DNA of 29,829 nt from Paraphysomonas bandaiensis. Taxonomy: Eukaryota > Protista > Chrysophyceae. The DNA is taken from assembly GCA_965644295.1 (NCBI GenBank), contig CBFFRP010000142.1, positions 1 through 29,829 on the forward strand, written 5' to 3'. Below are positions 1 through 13,410 of the stretch, one piece after another. The translations under genes and the position numbers were made by a program. Under the pieces are notes generated by a model, which worked only from the letters and a program-made list of their open reading frames with translations, ran no database searches and was not told where the DNA came from. Each line of letters starts with the position of its first letter. The stretch's first letter is position 1.

Positions 1-1520
1 GTTTCTTAATTATTGACATATAACCAATATCAGCTTCATTATCCTACGTGTTGTAGTAATAATCACTGTCTAAACATTGACTTATATTTGTCTAAGAACA
101 CTGATTGCAAAATATTGCGAGCTACTTCAACGAAATCATTATTGATAGAATTTTAAGCCAACCCAGCAATCAATATATTTTACAATATATTCCAATATTT
201 TATCATTAGCGATTTCTCCCACTACATGTCCTAATCTTCCTTGAAGCAGTAGTACTATATTGCATGCTGCATGCCTTACTTATGTTTGATATCTCAACTA
301 CTCTACCTACGTTAGATGCAAGATCAGGGGAAAATAGAATACCTAATCACGGATGTCACAAGTCAAATATTTTGCATTTAATAGATTGTTACCGAGCCCT
401 GTTACCAACCAAGTACACCAGGGATAGGGGACAAGATATTGTATTGCAGTACCGGCCAGATTTCTAAAAGCTAAATACAGACTGTTGTAGCCGGATGCAA
501 GCTTAATTCAAAATATTTTTCATGGATATGATGATGTAGACGTCACGATAATGGTTCAGAGGATGCGTATGAGGAAAATAGTTACTAGCCAAGCAGTAGA
601 AGTTTCATTGCCATGTGACTTGAATGGCTAGTACTCATAAAGAAATCTTCGGAGGGGTTTACTTACTGATTAATGATGCTAATACATTGCAATAGTATAA
701 TTGGGCCGGTTGAAAAACTTCATCAATATTAATAACGGAGCGAACGCTACTTAACAATTTCCCTGGGGTATAGTACATGTTTAATTGGAGTCGTATTGCT
801 AATGTGTATTCCTTACTATTAATTACAACTAAAACTGTAGCACGTAATAAGCTACTGATAACTGATACTACTATATACTATATATCTATACATCAATGGT
901 ATTGTTGGTCCGATTGGAAACATACTGCAATATTCTTACTCATGGGAAAGTGGCTTACAATTAGTATTGCAAAATATTGTACCTTTATATATCGTTATCC
1001 ACTTCAGAGAAAAAAGAACACAAAACTATAATATACTCGGAAAATGGGGTGCTGCTATAAAGGTGATGATAACAGCACTACAACTCAAACAAGTCAACAC
1101 ATGAAGAGAATCTCATTTAACTTCAAGTATACAGCACCAACCGGTCAGGTGGAATACACAAAGAGAAGTAAACAAACGCCATACGATATATAAAACACTC
1201 AGTTACGTGTCCACATGGTTGCCATATTGGAACCATACAGTGATGCGGAAGCGGAAGATCTCATAGGCTATCTTTTGATTGCACCTCACCATGCGGTTCA
1301 CACACACCTTCAGAATACATAACTACACTACCGTATACCTTAATATACTGCATCAGAATTAAGGTTAAACTGAAAATTGTATAAGGCCATTCAAGATGCT
1401 CTGAAAAAGGTCTGGTTTGATGGTTTTTTAGCTGTATGAGACGAGACTTATATATGAGCGCAGAGCCGCGCAGTGATTCCACAGTGCAGTCGAGACTATT
1501 ATAGAAAGAAAGACCTTAAG

Positions 1521-2270
1521 ATGCCTCACGTTTCGTTTCGAACCAACTGTAAGTAGTACCGTCACCCAAGTTGATAGTTCTGGTGTTTAATAGCTTTCAT
1601 GTGATGTTCAGACCGCAAAACCTTCAGGACAGTTCGTCGTCCTTACGAGAAGGAGCGTCTCGACCAGGAGCTCAAGCTCTGTGGTGAGTACGGCCTTAGA
1701 TGCAAGAGAGAGATCTGGCGTGTACAGCTCGTTCTGTCTAAAGTTCGTAAGGTGATATACGCTTCTTATGGTTTGATTTACTGTTAATTATATATATCAG
1801 GCTGCTCGTAATTTATTGACTCTTGACCCCAAGGATCCCAAGAGACTTTTCGAGACCCCTCCTCTCATTCGTCGTCTTAAACGCTATGGGTTATTGACTG
1901 ATGAGGAGAACTCTCTTGATGACATCCTCAAGCTTACCACCCAGCGATTCATGGAGCGCAGGCTTCAGACCAAGATCTTCAAGCAGGGTCTGGCCAAGTC
2001 TATCCACCACGCCCGTGTGCTCATCAGACAGAGACATATCAGGTACAACTTATTAATCTGTACTAGAACTTTTTAATTGTGTTTGATCAACCTAGGGTTG
2101 GCAAGCAGGTTGTCAACGTGCCTTCGTTTTTGGTGCGTATCGACTCAGAGAAGCACATCGATCTCGCTGTGAACTCCCCCTATGGTCAGGGCCGCCCTGG
2201 TCGTGTTGCTCGCAGACGCGCTGCTCAACGTGCTGCCGCTGAAGGAGGAGGAGATGACGAGGATGTGTAA
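1521..2270 (+). CDS. RPS9: 40S ribosomal protein S9 (uS4), 4 exons: 1521-1548, 1612-1751, 1801-2042, 2096-2270
   Basis: Splicing three GT-AG introns gives [48 protein letters not shown]...[52 protein letters not shown]...GRPGRVARR, the classic eukaryotic S9 sequence. Confidence 0.97.
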
Positions 2271-2482
2271 AGATAGTGGTATCTTTCAGGTCCTAGTGTA
2301 ATAATGAGGTCTTTCTATACACATAACTCTGTCGACTTGTAATCTACACCATATTTGGTAGTGTAGTAGAGTTAGTAGAAGGGATATAATTGGAATGGCA
2401 GTTTTCTATAGCCGATAGGGCTGCGTTTAATAAAATACTACAAGGAACAAACATGCCCCCTTAAACCTTATGCACCAACTAG

Positions 2483-2890
2483 CAGGCTTGCGTAACAATT
2501 AATTGGTGACAGGTGTCCAACAATAATAATTGCAATTATTAATTAAGCATCCAACTATTGGGCATTGATAGATTTTAGAATAACTTTATGAACTATAATC
2601 TCATCCCAAAGAAACATCAACATTTTCACGCAGAAACATCAACATTTCAAGTGTCTAGGTGTCATTCGCTGGTGAAAATGTAGTCGTAACAATCTTAGCT
2701 CTGCTAAACAACCTCGCACAAACATTGTTGGTAGTGCTATACAAATACTTCATGCAACGATATCGTGCTGGTAGTTTGGTGCGTGCCTTTTGGCGCTTTC
2801 GGTTGTATTTAAGTAAACGAATGGCTTCGTCTTCCTCCTCCATATCTTTCTCTTCATCAAGTTCATTTTCGTGCAGGTACATCATTTATC
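2483..2890 (-). mobile_element. Degenerate hAT-superfamily transposon end (TIR plus transposase C-terminal dimerisation-domain remnant)
   Basis: The minus strand reads ...TTNNVCARLFSRAKIV... and, after a frameshift, TLEMLMFLRENVD. This resembles the hAT 'PTSNxCERLFS...LExLLFLxxN' terminus. The end CAGGCTTGCGTAACAATTAATTGG (2483-2506) matches the left end of the element at 26454. The far boundary is unknown. Confidence 0.7.
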
Positions 2891-3792
2891 AGTTATTGTT
2901 CCCTACCGCGCTGAATTTTGACTAATACTCTCTCGAAATCTGCATTTTGAACAATTTCCGAGTCTTCATCCTATAAGGAGTTCAAAAAGCAACAGAAGCA
3001 CGGAAAAACAAGTTCAGTGCACGAGAGATGATTCAGACGCGGAAATCTTGCTTCAAAGGTGGGCACAAGAACAAGATTGGAGACCTCCTTACTCAGTATG
3101 GATCCATTGAGATGAAGCCGGGAGAGACCGCCAAAAGGAGTATGTGCTACGTTTTGAACTGCTACACCAAGAGCTTTGGGCACTGAATCAAACAGTAACA
3201 GAAATATCAAAAATCAGTTGCCTAGAGGAAGGCCTTGTTAATGATGAATATGATGCATTGAATTGTGCTCTCTGTATCTGTTACCTGATGATGTCTCATA
3301 TGAAAGTGTTATCTAAAAAGATAGAACAATTTGATGACACACGAAGACTGGAAGACGAATCATCGACAAGAAGCGAAGGATTACTATAAAAGGAGGAGGT
3401 GAATTACACTTAGAATCCTCTCGCAAGAAGGAGAGAGTATCCACTTCATCGAAAACGAAGTAGTGTCGTTACAATATTCAAAAAGGGGTATTGTTCATAA
3501 TCATACTACTGAACAATGCAGATCAAAGTAGGAGGTAAAACGACAGAGACCTGACAGCAAGGCTGCAGGATCTGCAAATCCAAAAATCGCCGACAACATG
3601 AACGCCGACAATTCTAAAGGCAAGGTGAAGAAACCGCAAAAATCCGGGAAAGTGTTTATATTTGAGAATATCAGAAGAGGGGCTACTGAATCTGACTATA
3701 TGACTGTGCTGTTGATATATATACCAAAACTGATGTATGCTGTATGACTGATAATTGATAGTGATGCGTGTGGCGGAGAAATTCAGCAATAC

Positions 3793-4075
3793 AACCTGAA
3801 GGTAAACCATTACCATACTGATCGAGCTGGGGTGCTGGTAAATCCAGAGCTGAAGAGATATCTGCAGTCACAGAGTTGCCAAAATCATACATGATCCAGT
3901 ACCGATACTTCTGAACTGAACGCTGTTGAGGAGAGAAAGTTTCGTAAGTCTTCAAAAATGGCGCTTGCCAAGTTATTGCAATCTGGATTACCGGTTCAGT
4001 TCTGGCTGGACGCGTATTACGCTGTGCGCTGTGCTCTACACGGACGGATAAAGGGTACATGTCACCCTACGAATA
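3793..4075 (+). mobile_element. Decayed Ty1/Copia integrase core fragment
   Basis: The + frame reads NLKVNHYHTDRAGVLVNPELKRYLQSQ...T*SSTDTSELNAVEERKFRKSSKMALAKLLQSGLPVQFWLDAYYA, then KGYMSPYEY after a frameshift. These match the Copia rve motifs (HTD.AGE, PELN...ER, SGLP..FW). There is one in-frame TGA at 3892-3894, where Trp is expected. Confidence 0.8.
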
Positions 4076-4139
4076 TGATGTCACGGGTCACCCACCCAGT
4101 TTGAAGCTCTTCAGAGAATGGGGGCGAAAAACGTACTGG

Positions 4140-4330
4140 ATCCTGTATATCACACAGACAAGACTTTTTCAGAGCAGTCTGTGATAAGTGTCGCCTCTGT
4201 AGATTGGATCCCGTGAATAGCATCCTCCTATGTGCCTCGGTGAGTGCTCCTTTATTAAAATGTCCAAGTCTTCTATGCAACAACTCCAGCAGTTCATCTT
4301 CTTCGTACTAATCAGTCGAATTCGATTCTC
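4140..4330 (-). mobile_element. Decayed Copia GAG-pre-integrase (HHCC zinc finger) fragment
   Basis: The minus strand reads LELLHRRLGHFNKGAL...CLCDI, the 'HRRLGH...C..C' signature, with a frameshift just upstream. Confidence 0.7.
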
Positions 4331-5406
4331 GTTCTTCATTACTGGAGACATCTGGTAAAGTCAGTGAACTTTGCTTGTTGGGCACCGCAGTCATTCCATT
4401 TATCATTGGCCCCTCCAATACTGTTACTCCTGTACTATGGTCAACAATATACGAATTTCATTCCAGACGACGAATTCATAGCCCATATCATTCAACCCTT
4501 TTCCTGAGCATAATAACTGATTTATGTTCGAAGAAAATTCTATGTTGCTCCAAGCATTTACACTTCCTGCAGCCGTTACAATTATCTCAGTTCCTTTCAT
4601 GGAGCTCTATCTGTGTGTGAAATGTAATTAAGCATATTCTGATCATTCATCAGAAACAATGAGGATGAACCTCGGTGAGTGCTCCTTTATTAAAATGGCC
4701 AAGTCTTCTCTGAAGTGACAAATCGAGGTTACAAACTTTGACTATTTTGTCATAGAGGCATATATATCTAAACTGTAGAGTGGTATTAGAAATTAGAAAG
4801 AGTTAGTAATAACTATTTACATTGATAAAATAAGCGAAAGTAGATGGAAGAAAAATTTATATTCCAAGGGAATTCGCGGTGATAAGGGTGCAGTTTGTTG
4901 TACTTTACCAGCATATATATTTTATGTAGTAGGTCACTTAATCATATTCCGTATAGCATTAAGCTTAAACAATGTTCCCACAAAGAAGATGTCTACATTG
5001 TAGAGTTGCATGAATCATTAATGGTAGTCCAGTTCCCGGCAATTATAATGTCATTATTGAAAAATGTCCCGACAATTATAATGGCATTACCATTAATGAA
5101 TATTAATGCTATTACTATTAACGGTTACCAGGCCGTGATCTATAGTCTGCAGCTATATGTGGGGATCATTTGTGACCAGTAACAAGTAAAGAATGGCTAG
5201 TGGGTTGATCATTTATTATAGTTACGCTCATTTATACGCTCCCATTATATGTTCACTAGTCAACCTGGATATTCACCACACTTCTTTACTTGTCCATTGC
5301 GCTCAATAACGCAATTATCACATACAGTATAGCGTCTCACTTTTGCCACGTACACACAAATATGAATCACACGTCACCAGCACCCCATCAGGAACGAGCT
5401 ATATAT

Positions 5407-8400
5407 TCACGACTTTTTCCGCATAGACTCTTGCAGCTTGTGCAGTCTCAGTTGGTTTTCAAGAAGTTGTCTGGAATGAAAACTAACTACATTAATGTAA
5501 ATATTTCGTAAGAATCGATACCTCTCTGCGTGCTCAAATCTATTGACATTGTTATCACTAGTTTCTGCGTAGTGGCAAACTTGAATATACATTACAAACA
5601 GGTAACAAGTATCCAATTATGTACGTACCCGACGCGTAATCGTGAGCTTGATTTCTGAAATGTCGATTAGTGACCATCAGTCATATTACATACCACGGTA
5701 ACAAAAAGATACAACTAACCTATAATCAATATATTCATCACCATATCGTGGACGCATTTCTGATGTATATGCTTTATTACTCCATTGCGGCTTCGTCCGT
5801 GAACCTATATGCCCTGTTTCTTCCTGATAAGATACCTAAACACATCATTACAAGTACGACTCAGAACCCTGGAACCTCACCTCAGGAGTTTTGTCATCAA
5901 TAAAATTCCGTGGTGAGCCTGCATCACGGGAATTGCTAGTAATGCCAATGTCTTCCCTGAAGCTGCTTACAGAACGAGGGTGCATATGCGTATAATCTAC
6001 TCCGAATAACTCATTCTTTTCCGAAGTAGATGATGAGTTACTGTCGTTTCCCACAATACGACCGACAAAACTCTTTTCCTGGGCAGGGTCGCCTACAGGC
6101 AAATCAGAAAAGAGCTGATCCGATAATGGCCATGGCTTTTCAACGAATATGTTTCTGGTGGAGTGATTAGGGCTGAACCCATTAGGACCTTTGACAACAT
6201 CATCTATTGGAATGCCCTTATAAAACAGTGGGTGTGGCCCTCCAAATTTTTCATCATCCGTGATATTTTCAGGAACAGGGACGACTTTTTCAGGATCATG
6301 AATAGACTGCAGAAGGTGAACGTGGTGCGTCAAGCGATGTATCGTTTGCGCTTGTTCGGAGACTCGCTGCATAAGTTTGTGCTTCTCCATGGTATGTTTG
6401 CGCATAAATGCTTCCAGTTCCCTAAATTTCATGGATGAAAGCGATACTTCGATAGATTATCAAGCACTAACCTGTGCATTTTCGATGCATTAAATTGAGC
6501 CGCTTCTTCTCGTTTGCAGCAAGCTTCCTCATGCTCTATCATTTTAGCTTCCAAAACACGTAATTCTGCGTTAGCAACAACAAGCGATGAGGGAATATTC
6601 GCTAGTTGCTTTTCGAGAGCGCTACACCGCGACTGTAGTTTCGAGGGCACCGTTTCCAACTCGCCTTTTAAGTTATGATTATCCTCTTGGATTTCTTTGA
6701 GTGACGAACGCAACTCCTCAATTGTTACCAAAGACTCATCCAATTTACCCTGTGCAAAGCAGCTTAAAACTTAGTACGATACATATAACATTTACAAACC
6801 TGTAGTTCATTGGTGCGATTAAGGGCCTCAATTTCGCGTTGTTTCATTCTATCAACATCAGCGTTATGTTTGCTCATACACTCATCCAACTTTTTCAACA
6901 ATTCGCTTATATGATTCTCACTCCGAGACTTTTCATGCATATGCATTTGCCGGTATTCACGATATTCAGATTCAAGACTTGTATTTCCATGTTCAAGATC
7001 CAATACTTTGGCTTGATATTTCTCAATACCACGCTCCAATTTCCTCAATTCAGAGTTCTTAGATAGCAGCTCACGCTCCAATTCCTTTATTTCATGTATA
7101 TTCGATGCCTGTTTCGAGATATTTGACGAGGTATTTCTCGCATTCCATTGATTGTACAATGCCGACTCATCTTCACCGTTCTGAATATGATCTCTATCTC
7201 TCAAATCAGGGCTATGTCTAGCCGATAAAGGAATTCGTTCATCGAAATGACTGTCACTCATTCTCAGTGGTGATTCTGATCGTCCATTAAGTGGCGATGA
7301 AACTCCAGACATGGTCTCACCCGGCATCTGTACAGAGGAATAGCCATCAGATCGATATTGTTCTCGACGCCTTCGTGACTCTGCTGATACATTGGTTTGT
7401 TCTGATGACCTTCTTGCATTCTCTACTTGTGAACTATCGTGTGTAGACGCCCTGTCTCTACCAACATTGGAAGTAGCAGTAGAGGCTCGAGGTGACAATG
7501 CTGTAGATAAGCCTACATTACGATCCGATCGATTGAACCCATCGGTATCGTCGCAAATGCCATGCGCCATATCACCATTATCACGACGCCTGTTCTCATC
7601 GCCTTCAACGACAATTCCACGCTCACGATGTTGTGAACGTGGTTCTGATCTGCGTCCTTCATCTCCATACCTATCCAGATAATCTAAGAACTTATTTTTA
7701 TTAATGGTCCCACTGTTGTCATAGTCCATCTGATGAAATAAACGAACACATTCATTTCTACTTCCATCTTCTTGTCTTATAACAGGCGGTAGGTTAAAGA
7801 CCTAAATACAAAGAATTGGCTTAATACACACCAACATCATAAAACCTCTTACCTCAGCAACCACCGGATGCGTGCGTAATGCTTGAATAAATTCCATCAT
7901 AGTTATTTCACCGTCTGAGTTACGATCAATCAAATTAAATAGTTCAGCATTCTCATCACGAGCACTTAGACTCGTGAGATCTGACGTCTGCGTGTCCAGT
8001 CTATCCCTTCTTCGATCCCTAGGAGAGGAATAACCATTCCCATCGGAACCCATAGTTCCAGAGTGTCGGGTAACTGGCGATGAAACTCCAGACATGGTCT
8101 CACCCGGCATCTGTACAGAGGAATAGCCATCAGATCGATATTGTTCTCGACGCCTTCGTGACTCTGCTGATACATTGGTCTGTTCTGATGACCTTCTTGC
8201 ATTCTCTACTTGTGAACTATCGTGTGTAGACGCCCTGTCTCTACCAACATTGGAAGTAGCAGTAGAGGCTCGAGGTGACAATGCTGTAGATAAGCCTACA
8301 TTACGATCCGATCGATTGAACCCATCGGTATCGTCGCAAATGCCATGCGCCATATCACCATTATCACGACGCCTGTTCTCATCGCCTTCAACGACAATTC

Positions 8401-11400
8401 CACGCTCACGATGTTGTGAACGTGGTTCTGATCTGCGTCCTTCATCTCCATACCTATCCAGATAATCTAAGAACTTATTTTTATTAATGGTCCCACTGTT
8501 GTCATAGTCCATCTGATGAAATAAACGAACACATTCATTTCTACTTCCATCTTCTTGTCTTATAACAGGCGGTAGGTTAAAGACCTAAATACAAAGAATT
8601 GGCTTAATACACACCAACATCATAAAACCTCTTACCTCAGCAACCACCGGATGCGTGCGTAATGCTTGAATAAATTCCATCATAGTTATTTCACCGTCTG
8701 AGTTACGATCAATCAAATTAAATAGTTCAGCATTCTCATCACGAGCACTTAGACTCGTGAGATCTGACGTCTGCGTGTCCAGTCTATCCCTTCTTCGATC
8801 CCTAGGAGAGGAATAACCATTCCCATCGGAACCCATAGTTCCAGAGTGTCGGGTAACTGGCGATGAAACTCCAGACATGGTCTCACCCGGCATCTGTACA
8901 GAGGAATAGCCATCAGATCGATATTGTTCTCGACGCCTTCGTGACTCTGCTGATACATTGGTCTGTTCTGATGACCTTCTTGCATTCTCTACTTGTGAAC
9001 TATCGTGTGTAGACGCCCTGTCTCTACCAACATTGGAAGTAGCAGTAGAGGCTCGAGGTGACAATGCTGTAGATAAGCCTACATTACGATCCGATCGATT
9101 GAACCCATCGGTATCGTCGCAAATGCCATGCGCCATATCACCATTATCACGACGCCTGTTCTCATCGCCTTCAACGACAATTCCACGCTCACGATGTTGT
9201 GAACGTGGTTCTGATCTGCGTCCTTCATCTCCATACCTATCCAGATAATCTAAGAACTTATTTTTATTAATAGTCCCACTGTTGTCATAGTCCATCTGAT
9301 GAAATAAACGAACACATTCATCTCTACTTCCATCTTCTTGTCTTATAACAGGCGGTAGGTTAAAGACCTAAATACAAAGAATTGGCTTAATACACACCAA
9401 CATCATAAAACCTCTTACCTCAGCAACCACCGGATGCGTGCGTAATGCTTGAATAAATTCCATCATAGTTATTTCACCGTCTGAGTTACGATCAATCAAA
9501 TTAAATAGTTCAGCATTCTCATCACGAGCACTTAGACTCGTGAGATCTGACGTCTGCGTGTCCAGTCTATCCCTTCTTCGATCCCTAGGAGAGGAATAAC
9601 CATTCCCATCGGAACCCATAGTTCCAGAGTGTCGGGTAACTGGCGATGAAACTCCAGACATGGTCTCACCCGGCATCTGTACAGAGGAATAGCCATCAGA
9701 TCGATATTGTTCTCGACGCCTTCGTGACTCTGCTGATACATTGGTTTGTTCTGATGACCTTCTTGCATTCTCTACTTGTGAACTATCGTGTGTAGACGCC
9801 CTGTCTCTACCAACATTGGAAGTAGCAGTAGAGACTCGAGGTGACAATGCTGTAGATAAGCCTACATTACGATCCGATCGATTGAACCCATCGGTATCGT
9901 CGCAAATGCCATGCGCCATATCACCATTATCACGACGCCTGTTCTCATCGCCTTCAACGACAATTCCACGCTCACGATGTTGTGAACGTGGTTCTGATCT
10001 GCGTCCTTCATCTCCATACCTATCCAGATAATCTAAGAACTTATTTTTATTAATAGTCCCACTGTTGTCATAGTCCATCTGATGAAATAAACGAACACAT
10101 TCATTTCTACTTCCATCTTCTTGTCTTATAACAGGCGGTAGGTTAAAGACCTAAATACAAAGAATTGGCTTAATACACACCAACATCATAAAACCTCTTA
10201 CCTCAGCAACCACCGGATGCGTGCGTAATGCTTGAATAAATTCCATCATAGTTATTTCACCGTCTGAGTTACGATCAATCAAATTAAATAGTTCAGCATT
10301 CTCATCACGAGCACTTAGACTCGTGAGATCTGACGTCTGCGTGTCCAGTCTATCCCTTCTTCGATCCCTAGGAGAGGAATAACCATTCCCATCGGAACCC
10401 ATAGTTCCAGAGTGTCGGGTAACTGGCGATGAAACTCCAGACATGGTCTCACCCGGCATCTGTACAGAGGAATAGCCATCAGATCGATATTGTTCTCGAC
10501 GCCTTCGTGACTCTGCTGATACATTGGTCTGTTCTGATGACCTTCTTGCATTCTCTACTTGTGAACTATCGTGTGTAGACGCCCTGTCTCTACCAGAAGT
10601 AGTCGAGTTTTGCGATGACGAAATGCCAACATTGGAAGCAGCCGATACCGGAGGTGTCGAAGTTTCCGAATCTCCGTCCAAGTCGTTGTCATCGCTTTCG
10701 TCTTCTACGTAGACTAGGTAGTCTATGGACCCGCGCCGGCTACGTCCCATATTACTTGTTGCAACGCTACTGTTTCCTAGCGATTCCCCGCTGACCTGAC
10801 GATGCACTGTTTCTGGCGAAACATGCTTTTCATCCTGGCAACTTCCCATAAGGCTAGCGTTAGATGGAACATGGGTTTCCTTTTTATCAGCTACATCAGA
10901 TATTCGTGTCCGCCTCAACAGTGCTGTCGTCGCTGCAGTGGATGACAAGACAGCCAGCTCCTCGGACTCTTCTTTTACACATTCCAGGTATTCAATAAGA
11001 CTTCTTGAATCGAAGGCAACAAAGCGACATTCGTACTCACTGCAATGCTCTTCAACTGCATACTGAATTGTAGAAACAAGCTCTCGCAACATCCCCAATC
11101 TTCGATTTGACAATTTCTTTGTGGGGTTAATGTCCAGGGGAATAGCATTAACTAAGATCTGTCGGAACGATGGCGTCGAATTCGTTTCACCGATGTTACT
11201 TTGATGTAAAACGTCAGAAGACATATCCTCCCGACGGCATCTAACTGTCGGCGAAATCGCACCAGGAGATGATGTTTCCGGAAGAGTAACGCCAATAGAG
11301 TTCTGTTCATCACCACAAACACCTTCTACAACAGCTTTAGTCTTCAGCTGAACATTTTCTTCCATCAGTGCTGCCAACCGACTCTCCATGCTTTCAATTT

Positions 11401-13410
11401 TCAAGAATGTAGCTTGCATGTCTTCAATAAATTCGGCTCTCTCTCGCTCATGCTCTGCGGTTAACTGCTCCGACTGCTTGAGAGCTGTTTGCAAGCTATT
11501 GATTTCCTGGGCCCATTTTTTCTCACACTCATGAGACACTTTCTGTAGTTCCTCTTCATGCTCCTCATAACTAATAAAATGTCTTGATCTATCGTTCATC
11601 GCTGTGGCAAGCGCTGTGTCACTTTGTAAAACACGCTGCGATAAATCTGCTGAAGATTCAACTGAAGACTTCAAAAGCATGTCTTGCTGCATGGTGCTCT
11701 CCCAAAGCCCTCGGTTCTCAACTTCGAGCTCTTCCATTCGGCTCACACTCTTTGACAACTCTTTTGTTAGATTTTGTCGAATTTCATTTCCTCTGCACGC
11801 TTGTTCAGTTGCAGAACTTCTTGCTTCTGCAGCTGTTATGCGAAGGACACGTAACTCCTCCTCCTGATTGATACACTTTTCGCGGAATCGACAGACCTCC
11901 TTTTCATACTGCTGTGATTGTAGTTCCATGTTTTGTCTTACATCTTCGAGAAGTGCAGTCAACCGCTTGCACTCCAATACTTGCTCCTGCCACTTGCTGT
12001 CTACTCTGTTGTAATTCGACTACGATTACGAATTACCGTCGAATTCATACCCGTTAAAAAATTTCCTACCTGCAGAGACTCAAGTTCATCAAGGGCTGAT
12101 TGGCAACGTAGTTCTTTTTTATCCTTCTGCTCCCTTTCAGCAAGGATCTGCATACGTTTTTAAAATATGAAAATTCATACAGAACATAACTCACTTCGGT
12201 CTTCGCTTCCTGTAGAGCAATTTCAGCAGTCACTGCTCTCGTTTCAGTATCTGCAACTGACTTTTCCAACCTGGCACGCTCAAGCGCCCAGGACGTCCTC
12301 TCGTCATGTAGCTCCTGCTTCAGGATGTCCACTGTGTTCTTCAGCTCTCTCGTCTCTTGTCTTGCAGTCATAGCCGCTCGTTGCCTTTCGCACCTCTCGC
12401 GCTCCACAGAAGATGCCTTGGTTTGCTGCGCACGGCGTGCCTCAGTCTTAAGCTCCCGGACGTTTTTCTGCAACACAAGCAATTGTGCCTCAGCCTCATT
12501 TAGTCTTCCCTGTATATCAGTGCGCAGAGCTTTCTCGTTTTCTACATGGGATTTCGCCTGGATATAAAATGAGTGAGAAAATTTAGTACGAGAGGGATAT
12601 GATCGAGTGAGATACCTGCATCAACTGTGTCCTAAGTGACGATAGATCGCGCGAATGCTGAGAGAGAAGGGCTTTTTTTGTCACACCGTCTTTCTGTTTC
12701 TCAGCTCGCAAATGTCCTACCATTCGATCTGATGAGGCAAGGGATTCTTCGAGACGATATATAATGTCCTGTCATCAGATATGAGTAGTTTTCTTCGGAA
12801 ACACAACCAACACACATGCAACGCAGCAACTTCCACAGGTAGAGGCTGGGGCCGAGATAGGGTTTGGGCAGGCTGGGACTTAGACCGCCTTGAACTAATC
12901 ATACTTTCTTTTTTGTATTCCGTCCTACCACGGTCACTCTGAACGCCTTTCGAGCTAAACTTCCTACAAATTATAATCAGGACAGTCAGTAATCTATGGA
13001 TAGAGCAAACCTGGAAATAACTTCCCAAAGGTCTACAAGAGCCTTTTCGATTGACTTCTGCTCCATCACCGAAGCACGATAAAATATTGGATCTATTGAC
13101 GAGGAAAGCTTTGGAAAGGCGTTAGACACATGCAGTGAGCAACGATATCAAGATACCTTTAGCATTGCATTCGAGATGTCGTCACCAGAAAGTGCATGCC
13201 CCTCCGGAAGCTGATAATATATAAATAAACATAGTTGCAACAAAATCAACTCACCATAGTTTTTAAACAATCCCTTAATCCGGGCGATGACAACCCATAC
13301 GGCAACAGCCTGTTCCACGTCTCACGTATTTCGCTTCTAGTTTTGACATTGGAAATGACATCCAATGCGTGTTCAAGTCTCTTTGAAGAGTTGGAGTCGG
13401 TCTTCAGCAT
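5407..13410 (-). CDS. Giant (~2,380 aa) coiled-coil protein with four tandem EF-hand pairs; ~18 exons
   Basis: The frame is preserved across short GT-AG introns. Exons are 13410-13255, 13210-13157, 13108-13011, 12963-12816, ~12768-12616, ~12558-12196, ~12147-12070, 12019-10202, 10150-9419, 9367-8636, 8584-7853, 7801-6800, 6749-6472, 6421-5881, 5835-5720, 5654-5629, 5579-5522 and 5470-5407. EF loops are DRNSDGEITMME and DYDNSGTINKNK, with heptad-rich E/K/R/Q segments on both sides. The start codon and the small terminal exons are less certain. Confidence 0.8.
7292..10595. repeat. 783-bp intragenic tandem repeat, ~4.2 copies (732-nt phase-0 exon + 51-nt intron)
   Basis: ORF coordinates recur every 783 bp (7802/8585/9368/10151). 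Copies differ at only a few SNPs. Introns lie at 7802-7852, 8585-8635, 9368-9418 and 10151-10201 (GTAAGA...TTTAG on the minus strand). Confidence 0.97.

Noticed and set aside
1-1500. Short ORFs upstream of RPS9
   Set aside because: The region is AT-rich with no recognisable motifs or splice-consistent frame.
1549-1611. Intronic C/D snoRNA in RPS9 intron 1 (GTGATGT)
   Set aside because: The intron is 63 nt, the motif sits at the acceptor, and there is no downstream D box.
3892-3894. TGA as recoded Trp/Sec
   Set aside because: It lies in a frameshifted TE remnant, and the intact genes here use the standard code.
5034-5089. 23-bp imperfect direct repeat TCCCG(G/A)CAATTATAATG(T/G)CATTA
   Set aside because: Only two copies and no bounding structure, so it cannot be interpreted.
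7802-10078. Three separate 236-aa genes
   Set aside because: Each ORF ends inside a 51-nt GT-AG intron; they are internal exons of one gene.
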